A DNA stretch of 64,000 nt from Gammaproteobacteria bacterium. GTDB lineage: Bacteria > Pseudomonadota > Gammaproteobacteria > JAKBBU01. This document shows, piece by piece, positions 40,890-50,089 of this stretch. Numbering within the stretch: position 1 is the stretch's first letter; every line of letters begins with the position of its first letter. The DNA is taken from positions 18,644 through 82,643 of the forward strand of contig JAJFKN010000032.1 in NCBI GenBank assembly GCA_021773195.1, written 5' to 3'. Below the pieces are notes generated by a model. It saw nothing but the letters and a program-made list of their open reading frames with translations. It searched no databases and was not told the DNA's origin. A program made the position numbers and the translations under genes.

Positions 40890-42101
40890 TTGAAAATTTA
40901 TCTGGTGGGCGGAGCCCTTCGCGACGAACTATTGGGTCGCAGCGTTACGGAAAAGGATTGGGTTGTGGTGGGTGCCACGCCTCAGCAAATGCTGGATTTG
41001 GGGTATCGCCAAGTGGGCAAAGATTTCCCGGTTTTCTTGCACCCTGAAAGTGGCGAAGAATATGCTCTCGCCCGTACTGAGCGCTCTATAGCCCCAGGTT
41101 ATCAGGGGTTTGAATTCAACACTTCCCCTGATGTGACTCTGGAAGAGGACCTTTTACGACGGGATTTGACCATCAATGCCATGGCTAGAGACGACCATGG
41201 CCAGTTAACGGATCCCTACCACGGGGTTAATGATATAAAAGCTCGTTGCTTGCGCCATGTTTCCCCCGCTTTTAGCGAAGACCCAGTACGAATTCTACGC
41301 ATTGCTCGTTTCAAAGCCCGTTATCATTATTTGGGTTTTCAAATTGCAGAAGAAACTATGGAATTAATGCGCAGCATGGTGGCACAAGGTGAAGTGAATA
41401 CCTTGGTGGCAGAGCGCGTATGGCAAGAATTACATAAGGCTTTGCAAGAAGAACATCCCACAGTATTTTTTAACGTATTGCGTGAATGTGGTGCCTTAAA
41501 CATTCTATTCCCTGAGTTGGACCAACTATATGGTATTGCTGAAGATCCAGAACGTCATCCAGAAAAAGATGCAGCTATCCACTACTTAATGGTATTGGAG
41601 CAGTCGGCAAAATTAACCGCCGACGTTATGGTACGTTTTTCGGCCCTCTTACACGATGTGGGTAAAGGTGAAGACAATAAAAACCATGAAGTAACAGGGG
41701 TGCATTTAATTCGTGAGTTATGTGCGCGCTTCCGCATACCCAAGGAATATCGTGAATTAGCTGTATTAGTTTGCCAATATCATAATGATTGTCATAGCGC
41801 GCAAGCTTTAACAGCTGAGAAAAGTCTGCATCTTTTAGAACGTTGTGATGCTTTGCGCCGCCCTCAACGTTTTGCTCAGTTTCTATTGGCTTGTGAAGCG
41901 GATTATTGTGGGCGTGCAGGCTGCGCATCGAAAGCCTATGAGCAAAAGCACTATTGGAATGCTTTGATAGGGGTTATTGGTGAAATTTCCGTGCAGCCAT
42001 TGTTGGAAAAAGGACTTGAGGGGAAAGCTATCGCTGATGAATTACATAAGCTTAGAATCTGCGCCATCGAAGAATATCTCAAGGAAACCCCCCATGGATA
42101 A
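40890..42101 (+). CDS. cca: Multifunctional CCA-adding enzyme
   Basis: YLVGGALRD, EEDLLRRDLTINAMA, EDPVR and an HD motif. Confidence 0.95.
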   Translation: MKIYLVGGALRDELLGRSVTEKDWVVVGATPQQMLDLGYRQVGKDFPVFLHPESGEEYALARTERSIAPGYQGFEFNTSPDVTLEEDLLRRDLTINAMARDDHGQLTDPYHGVNDIKARCLRHVSPAFSEDPVRILRIARFKARYHYLGFQIAEETMELMRSMVAQGEVNTLVAERVWQELHKALQEEHPTVFFNVLRECGALNILFPELDQLYGIAEDPERHPEKDAAIHYLMVLEQSAKLTADVMVRFSALLHDVGKGEDNKNHEVTGVHLIRELCARFRIPKEYRELAVLVCQYHNDCHSAQALTAEKSLHLLERCDALRRPQRFAQFLLACEADYCGRAGCASKAYEQKHYWNALIGVIGEISVQPLLEKGLEGKAIADELHKLRICAIEEYLKETPHG

Positions 42102-43149
42102 GACCAATATAAACATTCAACTATCATCTTTCGGTCAATTATCCGATGGGCGAGATGTTACTAAATACACGCTATCAAATGCTAATAATTTTAGAATTTC
42201 TTTAATAGACTTTGGCGCTACTATTACATCTGTTTTATGGCCGAATAAAAAAAATGGTCACGATGATGTGACGCTAGGTTTTGCAGATTTAGAAGGTTAC
42301 ATAGAAAACCCCCCTTCTTTTGGTTCCACCATTGGTCGAGTAATTAATCGTATCCATAAGGGTAAATTCACAATTGATGATGAAGACTATCAATTGGTAT
42401 GTAATGCCGAAGGTGGTCACCATATTCATGGAGGCATGAAAGGCTTTAGTAAAGTATTATGGGATGCTACTTTGCATCGCGAAGACGATAAAGCTGGTGT
42501 GGTATTTACTTATTTGAGTCCCCATGGCGAAGAAGGCTATCCTGGCAACCTACTGGCAAAAGTAGGATATTACCTGACAGATTATAATGCATTAATCATG
42601 GAGTTTTATGCAACAACTGACAGGCCTACCATCGTTAATTTAAGTAATCACGCGTATTGGAATTTATCGCCTAAAGATAAAGACGTCTCACAACATCAAT
42701 TGCAAATCCAAGCCGATTATTATTTGCCAAGCAATCAAGATAACTTGCCCACAGGTGAAATTCTTTCCGTTAAAGATTCTGTCATGGATTTCACACAGAG
42801 CCATGATGTTGGAAAACACTATGTTAAATTGCCCAAGGGTTATGACAACTATTATGTGCTAGATAAATCACGCGATAAATTTGCCTTAGGAGCAAAAGTT
42901 ATGGAGCCTGTCAGTCAGCGTTGCATGGAAGTTTGGACCACCTATCCGGGTTTACAATTATATACGTCGGGGAACTTACAGCCCATACAAGGTCGAGATG
43001 GTGCGACACACGGCCCAGGCAGCGCTCTATGTTTGGAAACTCAGCATTTTCCCGATGCTATTCATCACGCTCATTTCCCCACAATTTTGTTAAAGCCCAG
43101 CCAACGATATCATCATATAACGGAACATCGTTTTATAGATTTAACCTAA
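42094..43149 (+). CDS. galM: Aldose 1-epimerase (mutarotase)
   Basis: HIHGG, EEGYPG, NLSNHAYWNL and CLETQHFPD. Confidence 0.92.
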   Translation: MDKTNINIQLSSFGQLSDGRDVTKYTLSNANNFRISLIDFGATITSVLWPNKKNGHDDVTLGFADLEGYIENPPSFGSTIGRVINRIHKGKFTIDDEDYQLVCNAEGGHHIHGGMKGFSKVLWDATLHREDDKAGVVFTYLSPHGEEGYPGNLLAKVGYYLTDYNALIMEFYATTDRPTIVNLSNHAYWNLSPKDKDVSQHQLQIQADYYLPSNQDNLPTGEILSVKDSVMDFTQSHDVGKHYVKLPKGYDNYYVLDKSRDKFALGAKVMEPVSQRCMEVWTTYPGLQLYTSGNLQPIQGRDGATHGPGSALCLETQHFPDAIHHAHFPTILLKPSQRYHHITEHRFIDLT

Positions 43150-43177
43150 GACGATGTCTTTGAGAAAAGTGTGATAA

Positions 43178-44026
43178 TCAGTCCACTTTCATGAATTCTG
43201 GTTGGGCAAAGGTTCCTTCATGCATGCTTAAATTATAATACACTGTATCAAAGGTTTTGTTGGCGATATCATTTTTACGGTATTGTTGTAAGTCACAATT
43301 TTTCCCCGCCATGGTGGCGGTAAATGTACCCGAGGGATAAACGACTTGCGGGTATAAAAAGGTACGTGTTTCACTAAAGTCAGCAGATTTCATCGCGTCG
43401 CTCATGGACTTGATTAAATCCAAATGATAAAAGGGCGATTCACTCTGTTGGATTAAAATCCCTCCTTCATTTAGAGCTGCATAACAAGATTCGTAGAAAG
43501 GTTTTTGAAATAAACCTTCAGCAGGGCCGATGGGGTCTGTGGAATCGACGATGATAATATCTATATTTTCTGCTTCTTCCATCCATTTAATGCCGTCACC
43601 AAAAAAGAATTCAGCGCGGGAATCTTGATTTGAAGCACAAAGCTCAGGGAAATATTTTTCTGCCACCCGAGTGACTCGTTCATCAATTTCTATTTGGGTT
43701 ACTTTATTCACGCCAGGATGTTTTAAAACTTCACGCAATGTGCCGCAATCACCACCACCTATGATAGCAATATTTTTTGGATTATTGTGAGTGAACAAAC
43801 AAGGGTGAGTCATCATCTCATGATATAAGAAATTATCGCGCTGCGTCAGCATAATATAACCATCAATTACCATCAGATGCCCAAAGCTTTTTGTGGCATA
43901 AATATCAATAGTTTGGAAAGGGGTGGTTTCACTGTGCAATTTTTCTGTGATGGCCATGGAAAAAGCCGCATGCTGGTCTTGGCATATTTCTGTAAACCAA
44001 GGCCCGTCTAGGGTATTATTATTCAT
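43178..44026 (-). CDS. speE: Spermidine synthase
   Basis: YHEMMTH, GGGDCG and DSTDPIGP. Confidence 0.95.
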   Translation of the reverse strand: MNNNTLDGPWFTEICQDQHAAFSMAITEKLHSETTPFQTIDIYATKSFGHLMVIDGYIMLTQRDNFLYHEMMTHPCLFTHNNPKNIAIIGGGDCGTLREVLKHPGVNKVTQIEIDERVTRVAEKYFPELCASNQDSRAEFFFGDGIKWMEEAENIDIIIVDSTDPIGPAEGLFQKPFYESCYAALNEGGILIQQSESPFYHLDLIKSMSDAMKSADFSETRTFLYPQVVYPSGTFTATMAGKNCDLQQYRKNDIANKTFDTVYYNLSMHEGTFAQPEFMKVD

Positions 44027-44134
44027 ATTTAGTTGCTCCGGGTAAAATGTTTAAATAAATCATCAGGTTAGGTTGATGTTCCCATAGGCCTTACAATGAG
44101 CGATAATATGCCCAAATTTCAGAGGTGGAAACCA

Positions 44135-46000
44135 ATGACGCAAAACACCATCCAGCTGGCGCGAGCATTATATAACATTCCCCAGTGGAGTGAAGGGTAT
44201 TTTGATATTAATGATCAAGGTCATGTGGTGGCTATTCCACAACTTGGTGGTTCGTCTGTGGATTTGCAAAAGCTCTATGAAGAGGTTCAAGCTGCTGGTA
44301 TTCCTCTACCCCTATTGATTCGTTTTCCAGACATCTTGAAACATCGCATGTATGCTTTGTCTAACGCCTTTCAACAAGCCATGAATAAATATGAGTATAA
44401 GGCTGAATATTTGCCTGTTTACCCTATAAAAGTAAATCAGCAGCATGTAGTGTTAGATACATTATTGAATGTGCCTGATATGGGCTTGGAAACAGGCAGC
44501 AAACCTGAGTTGTTGGCTGTTATGGGTTTGAAGGAAACTAGCCAACATAGTATTATTTGTAATGGTTACAAAGATCGAGAATACATTCGTTTAGCCTTGA
44601 TAGCGCAAATGTTAGGGCACCGTGTTTTTATAATTATTGAAAAACTATCTGAGTTGCAACTCATCGCCGAAGAGTCGTTGTCATTGAAGATTAAGCCTTT
44701 ATTGGGGCTGCGTTTGCGTTTATCGAGTCTTGGAAAAGGCAAGTGGCAGAATACTGGCGGCGAAAAAGCTAAATTTGGTTTAACGGCAGCGCAGGTTTTA
44801 CATGCATTGCAGCAATTACAATCCATTAACCTTATCAGCCAGTTGCAATTAATTCATTGCCATATGGGCTCGCAAATCGCTAATATCCATGATATTCGTG
44901 GTGGTATGGATGAAGTGGCTCAGTATTATCGCCAATTCCAACAACAAGGAGCAAACATTCAATGGGTCGATGTAGGCGGTGGATTGGGTGTGGATTACCA
45001 AGGTACGGCATCACGCCATGACTGTTCGACGAACTATAAACTGCAAGAGTATGCTGATAATATTGTTCAAGGCCTATCAGCTCTTTGCAAGCGGCATGAA
45101 TTACCTTGTCCTAATATCATTACAGAATCGGGTCGTGCCATAGCAGCACATCACGCGGTGCTACTAACTAACGTGGTGGATGCCGAAAGGCCTATAATAG
45201 AAGCCCATGATGATTGCCATGGTGATGGTGCTATTGCAGATTTGCAAGCATGTGTCGCTAATGTTTCTAAGCGAAGCCCTTGTGAGCTCTACCATGAAGC
45301 TGGCTACCATTTGACAAAAGCTCAAGAGCAATTCAAATTAGGCTTGTTGGACTTGCAGGGGCGAGCTATAGCTGAAAACCTTTATGCTAATTTATGCGAT
45401 GCATTAAAAGAAGTATTGCAAGAGGATATTCAATCTCACCGAGAGATTTCGTCAGACATCCAAGAAAAACTAGCAACTAAGCTGTATTGTAACTTTTCCT
45501 TATTCCAATCATTGCCGGACATCTGGGCCATTCAACAGGTATTTCCTATTTTACCTTTGCGAGGATTAAATGAGGTGTGCAGTGAACATGTGATCTTGCA
45601 TGATATTACCTGCGATTCTGATGGTCGAATCGATGATTATGTTTCTGAAAAAGCCATGGCAAAAACGCTATTGCTACCAAAATGGCTTGAGGACGAGCCT
45701 CCCGTTCTAGGTATATTCTTAGTAGGTGCATATCAAGAAATATTAGGAGATATGCATAATTTATTTGGTGATACCCACTCTATTAATGTGTTATTGCAAA
45801 CCGATGGTAGCTATCAATTATCCGATAAATTAGAGGGTGATAGCGTGCAGGAAGTATTGGATTACGTACATATTGATGCTGCAGGTTTAGCTCAGAATTA
45901 TAAGGAAAAGATACGTCAAAAAAGCTTACCCCAGGAGCTCAGTGACTATATCCAGAAGGCGCTAGAATTGGGGCTTAAGGCATACACTTATCTCGACTAA
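44135..46000 (+). CDS. speA: Biosynthetic arginine decarboxylase
   Basis: YPIKVNQ, GSKPE, CNGYKD, HMGSQ and TCDSDG. Confidence 0.96.
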   Translation: MTQNTIQLARALYNIPQWSEGYFDINDQGHVVAIPQLGGSSVDLQKLYEEVQAAGIPLPLLIRFPDILKHRMYALSNAFQQAMNKYEYKAEYLPVYPIKVNQQHVVLDTLLNVPDMGLETGSKPELLAVMGLKETSQHSIICNGYKDREYIRLALIAQMLGHRVFIIIEKLSELQLIAEESLSLKIKPLLGLRLRLSSLGKGKWQNTGGEKAKFGLTAAQVLHALQQLQSINLISQLQLIHCHMGSQIANIHDIRGGMDEVAQYYRQFQQQGANIQWVDVGGGLGVDYQGTASRHDCSTNYKLQEYADNIVQGLSALCKRHELPCPNIITESGRAIAAHHAVLLTNVVDAERPIIEAHDDCHGDGAIADLQACVANVSKRSPCELYHEAGYHLTKAQEQFKLGLLDLQGRAIAENLYANLCDALKEVLQEDIQSHREISSDIQEKLATKLYCNFSLFQSLPDIWAIQQVFPILPLRGLNEVCSEHVILHDITCDSDGRIDDYVSEKAMAKTLLLPKWLEDEPPVLGIFLVGAYQEILGDMHNLFGDTHSINVLLQTDGSYQLSDKLEGDSVQEVLDYVHIDAAGLAQNYKEKIRQKSLPQELSDYIQKALELGLKAYTYLD

Positions 46001-46093
46001 AATATAGTCAGCCATGAGTTTGCCAAAAATCTGTAAAGTCAGCTATATTTTAAGTCATGAGTTATTTAATTTAACGGATTCCAAGGACGGAAC

Positions 46094-46849
46094 ATGTTAA
46101 GACACAAATATTTGATCCCCTTCATGGCCCTGGCAGGCATCTTATTCTGTACGGCATTATTAGCAAAAACCACCAAGATGGAAGTAATTCAATTATATAA
46201 TCGTCCAGCTGTGGAAGTGATACCCATCGTTAAGCCATTTATGCCGCAAAATACCATCTTGCGTCCCGATGGCTATCGCCTTATTGTCAAAACGTCACCT
46301 CAGGGGCTGGCAACCTTGAAAGATATGTTAAAAAATATTGATATTGCACCAAAGAATTTATTAATAACACTGCGGCGCGGTGAAGGTCAAAAGCAATATA
46401 AAGAAGAACACGTACTTAATAATATACCTTTGACCCAGAAGCAACAACGCAAAAAAGTTAATTATTCTCAGTCAGTACGGGTTATGGATGGCCAAGCGGC
46501 CATGATTCAATTCGGTAGAAAAGTGCCATTTGCTATGACTACAGCATCAGGCGCAACAACGACAACATTGAAGCCGGTTACAACGGGCATGTATGTAACG
46601 CCAAGGGTCATGGGCAAAAGAGTACAACTAACTCTGCAAACTTATACCAATAAAACGCAACGCGGTGGAAACATTAGAACTCAGCAGGTACAGACGAAAA
46701 TTGTTATTCCTATGGGTGAGTGGGTGAACCTGGCCAATTTTATTGGTCGGCATAATGCAGATATTCAGCGTATCTTACACGGTAGTATAGCATCAGGGAG
46801 TAATTCTCAAGATTTATATATACGTGTTGGTCCCTATAAAAAACCTTAA
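46094..46849 (+). CDS. Short secretin-like protein (NolW-type N domain plus truncated secretin-like C region)
   Basis: Signal peptide; L.NRPA.EVIP.V.P, SVRVMDGQ.A.I..G, TG.YV.P and GEW. Confidence 0.65.
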   Translation: MLRHKYLIPFMALAGILFCTALLAKTTKMEVIQLYNRPAVEVIPIVKPFMPQNTILRPDGYRLIVKTSPQGLATLKDMLKNIDIAPKNLLITLRRGEGQKQYKEEHVLNNIPLTQKQQRKKVNYSQSVRVMDGQAAMIQFGRKVPFAMTTASGATTTTLKPVTTGMYVTPRVMGKRVQLTLQTYTNKTQRGGNIRTQQVQTKIVIPMGEWVNLANFIGRHNADIQRILHGSIASGSNSQDLYIRVGPYKKP

Positions 46850-47056
46850 AGTCCTGTGAATTAGATTTTTAGTGATAGTTCCAAGTAACTGATTCATGGT
46901 GAAACTGCCCTTTGACAAAATCTGGCACCTTTCCAAAAAAATTGGTTAACATGCTGAAAAATATGAAAATAAATTGATTTTGATATTATGGCTCAATAAT
47001 GATTATTACTTGAACTATACTAATACAGTCGCAGGATCATACAGTTACAATGAAAA

Positions 47057-49159
47057 ATGCCTAAAAAAACGAAAGAAATTCGCTTCAATGTGAGCATTCA
47101 CTTTTCGATTACAACAATCTTTGTGATCTTATTAACGGTTATATCTTTAGCTATCGTTTTGGTGAGTTATCATCGCTATAATAAATTTATTGAAAACCAA
47201 GCAGCCTTATTAATTAAGCAATCATCTTTATATGCAGAAGAGACGTTAAAAGACTATTTAGAACCGTTAACTATGCAAACGAAGCTCACAAAGGATTTCA
47301 TTGAACATGGCGTTATAAACCCTAACAATAAAGAAGATTTTATTGATTACAGCCGTGAGTTAATGGAAGCCACACCACATTTATTTTCTGTTTATTATGC
47401 CTATCCCAACGGAGATTTTCTTGGGGTGAATCACCGTAAAGAAGAATTGTTTTATATCCTTGATATTCAGCGTTCAGAAGATACAGTAACAGCACAAGCC
47501 TATTTTACAAATAGAGAAGATAAGAAAATAGGTGAAGATATAAAAATAGAAACAGTATATGACCCTAGGATCCGGCCTTGGTATTTGAAAGCACTGGCGC
47601 AAAAGAAAGTAATATGGTCCGATTTATACCAGTTCTCAGGCGTTTTGCCTGGGGGGATTGCGACAGCGGGGCTGACTTCTGCTGTTCCTATTTTTGATGC
47701 TCAGGGGGAGCCTTTGGGTGTGTTTGCCATAGATATTAATTTATTGGAGCTAAAAAAGTTTATTCAAGATCTGAATGTTAGTGAAAATGGCGTTGTCGTT
47801 ATTTTAGATTCTAAAGGCAACATAATTGCTGGACCTCAATCGGTGATTGATACCAAAGAATTGAAAAAGCGCAGCGTTTTTCAGCTTCCTCAGGTTTGGA
47901 TAAAAGACTCTTATAAAAAATATTTAGAAGGAAATAGTGGGTTCTTCGTTTTTAAGTCTCAAGGTGAAGGTTATTACAGTTATTATGAAACTATAGATTC
48001 CATTGTCGGTGAGCCTTGGGTTATTTCCGTTGTTGTGCCATCGGATGACTTTATGCGCGAAGTAAAGAAGGTTAATTTTATTATAGCAATTTCTTACTTG
48101 GTTCTCATTATCATTGGATTGTTTTTAGTTTACAGAATTGCCCACCAAATATCTCGACCCATTCGTGAGTTGGTTCGTCACACAAAGAAGGTGAAAGATT
48201 TTGAACTGGACGAAGAAGTTGACATAAAGTCCAAAATCACAGAAATTATCGATATGCAGGATGCTATTAATACTATGAAGGATGGCCTGAAAAACTTTAA
48301 ACGTTATGTGCCGGCAGATTTGGTGAGAAAGTTGATTGTTTCGGGCAATATTTCTAAGGTAGGAGGCAAGCGTAAGCCATTAACTATTTTGTTTACTGAT
48401 ATTTATAACTTCACTAATTTATCAGAAGACATGGAGCCAGAAGTTCTGATGGAGAGATTATCTGAATATTTTACAGACCTTAATAAAATAATTGACATTT
48501 ATCAGGGGACCATTGATAAATATATCGGAGACTCAATTATGGCTTTTTGGGGCGCTCCAGCAGCAGACGAAAAACACGCCATACATGCTTGTAAAGCGGC
48601 TTTAACAATTAAGCATCATTTAAATGATTCACCCCATTATTGGGATGAGAATAAAACAAAGCCCGTTATTACACGTATTGGTATCAACACCAGTGAAGTC
48701 ATCGTGGGCAATGTGGGTTCGGAAGTTCGCTTGAATTATACGGCCATTGGTGACGGTGTTAACCTAGCGAGCCGATTAGAAGGGCTTAATAAATATTATG
48801 GCACATTAATCATTGTGAACGAGACGACTTATGAAGAAACCAAAGAACGCTTCTATTACCGTCGTTTGGATTATGTCTCAGTGAAAGGAAAGAATGTTGG
48901 CTGTTATATCTATGAGTTAGTAGCGGAAGAAGAACAGGACTTGCCAGAAGGATTTGAAGAGTTAAACAAACTATATACTAATGCATTTGTTCAGTATCAA
49001 GAAAGAAATTGGCGGAAATCCATGGAGATTTTGGAGCGGTTGATAGAAAAATTCCCCGCTGACCAACCTGCAAAAGTGTTATATAAACGTTGTGAAATGT
49101 TTTTAATTGATCCGCCTGGTGATGACTGGAATGGTATTTGGAGCATGGAAGCCAAGTGA
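47057..49159 (+). CDS. Membrane class III adenylate/guanylate cyclase (Cache-HAMP-cyclase-TPR-like tail)
   Basis: Two TMs, YDPRIRPWY Cache motif, FTDI, DKYIGD and NLASRLE. Confidence 0.93.
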   Translation: MPKKTKEIRFNVSIHFSITTIFVILLTVISLAIVLVSYHRYNKFIENQAALLIKQSSLYAEETLKDYLEPLTMQTKLTKDFIEHGVINPNNKEDFIDYSRELMEATPHLFSVYYAYPNGDFLGVNHRKEELFYILDIQRSEDTVTAQAYFTNREDKKIGEDIKIETVYDPRIRPWYLKALAQKKVIWSDLYQFSGVLPGGIATAGLTSAVPIFDAQGEPLGVFAIDINLLELKKFIQDLNVSENGVVVILDSKGNIIAGPQSVIDTKELKKRSVFQLPQVWIKDSYKKYLEGNSGFFVFKSQGEGYYSYYETIDSIVGEPWVISVVVPSDDFMREVKKVNFIIAISYLVLIIIGLFLVYRIAHQISRPIRELVRHTKKVKDFELDEEVDIKSKITEIIDMQDAINTMKDGLKNFKRYVPADLVRKLIVSGNISKVGGKRKPLTILFTDIYNFTNLSEDMEPEVLMERLSEYFTDLNKIIDIYQGTIDKYIGDSIMAFWGAPAADEKHAIHACKAALTIKHHLNDSPHYWDENKTKPVITRIGINTSEVIVGNVGSEVRLNYTAIGDGVNLASRLEGLNKYYGTLIIVNETTYEETKERFYYRRLDYVSVKGKNVGCYIYELVAEEEQDLPEGFEELNKLYTNAFVQYQERNWRKSMEILERLIEKFPADQPAKVLYKRCEMFLIDPPGDDWNGIWSMEAK

Positions 49160-49166
49160 GTTATAA

Positions 49167-49952
49167 ATGAAATTAATATTTCTCGGAACAGGATCAAGTT
49201 TTATCGTTGGTGAAGATAACTATCAGTCTAATATGATATTGGTAGCCGATGATGGTGATACCTTGCTTGTTGATTGTGGTACGGACGCTCGGCATTCTTC
49301 TTTTGAGCAAGGTTTTACTCCTGAAAATATTAATAATGTATTTATTACCCATTTGCATGCTGATCATGCTGGTGGACTAGAATGGCTAGCGTTCTCTAAA
49401 TATTTCAATGAAGCTCTAGACCGTCCTAATCTTTTTATTGCCGACACTTTAGTCAAGGAATTATGGGAAGATTCTTTAAAAGCAGGGCTAGGCTCTCTCA
49501 TTGGCGAGGAAAGTTCTCTAGAAACATTTTATAAAGTACATGCTTTAGGGCGTAATGATACTTTCCAGTGGCAAGATGCTGAATTTGCACACGTTCAAAC
49601 GTTGCATGTTATGAATGGTCGTTACATCGTGCCAAGCTATGGGTTATGCATTAATCGTCAAGGATATAAAGCACTTATTACAGGTGATACTCAATTCTGT
49701 TCTAAGTTATGGTTACCTTTTTACGGCGAAGCCGATATTATTTTTCATGATTGCGAAACAACATTAGCTCACGAGAGCGGCGTCCATCCTCGTTATGAAA
49801 AGTTAGCCACCTTGGATCCTGCCATCAAAGCGAAAATGTGGCTCTATCATTATAATCCTGGTAAACGACCCAACCCTGTAAAAGATGGCTTTGCAGGGTT
49901 CGTGCTGAAAGGTCAAAGCTTCGACATAAAGAAAGGCAAATTAACCCAGTAG
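49167..49952 (+). CDS. MBL-fold metallohydrolase (putative cyclic-nucleotide phosphodiesterase)
   Basis: FLGTG, DCG, THLHADH, GDT, HDC and YHY. Confidence 0.88.
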   Translation: MKLIFLGTGSSFIVGEDNYQSNMILVADDGDTLLVDCGTDARHSSFEQGFTPENINNVFITHLHADHAGGLEWLAFSKYFNEALDRPNLFIADTLVKELWEDSLKAGLGSLIGEESSLETFYKVHALGRNDTFQWQDAEFAHVQTLHVMNGRYIVPSYGLCINRQGYKALITGDTQFCSKLWLPFYGEADIIFHDCETTLAHESGVHPRYEKLATLDPAIKAKMWLYHYNPGKRPNPVKDGFAGFVLKGQSFDIKKGKLTQ

Positions 49953-50089
49953 TACGGCCATCCTCTATGGACTATATCTAGTCAATCTAGTAGACTGAGC
50001 TGGAAAAGTTTCACAAAGAAACAAACATTTATCTGTCTGTATTAAAAATAAACAACCGTCTTTGCGATGAATTCAAGTAGAGGAATCAC

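Noticed and set aside
47057-49952. Pycsar anti-phage system
   Set aside because: The cyclase is a membrane Cache-HAMP sensor type, and no cNMP-binding TIR/TM effector is adjacent
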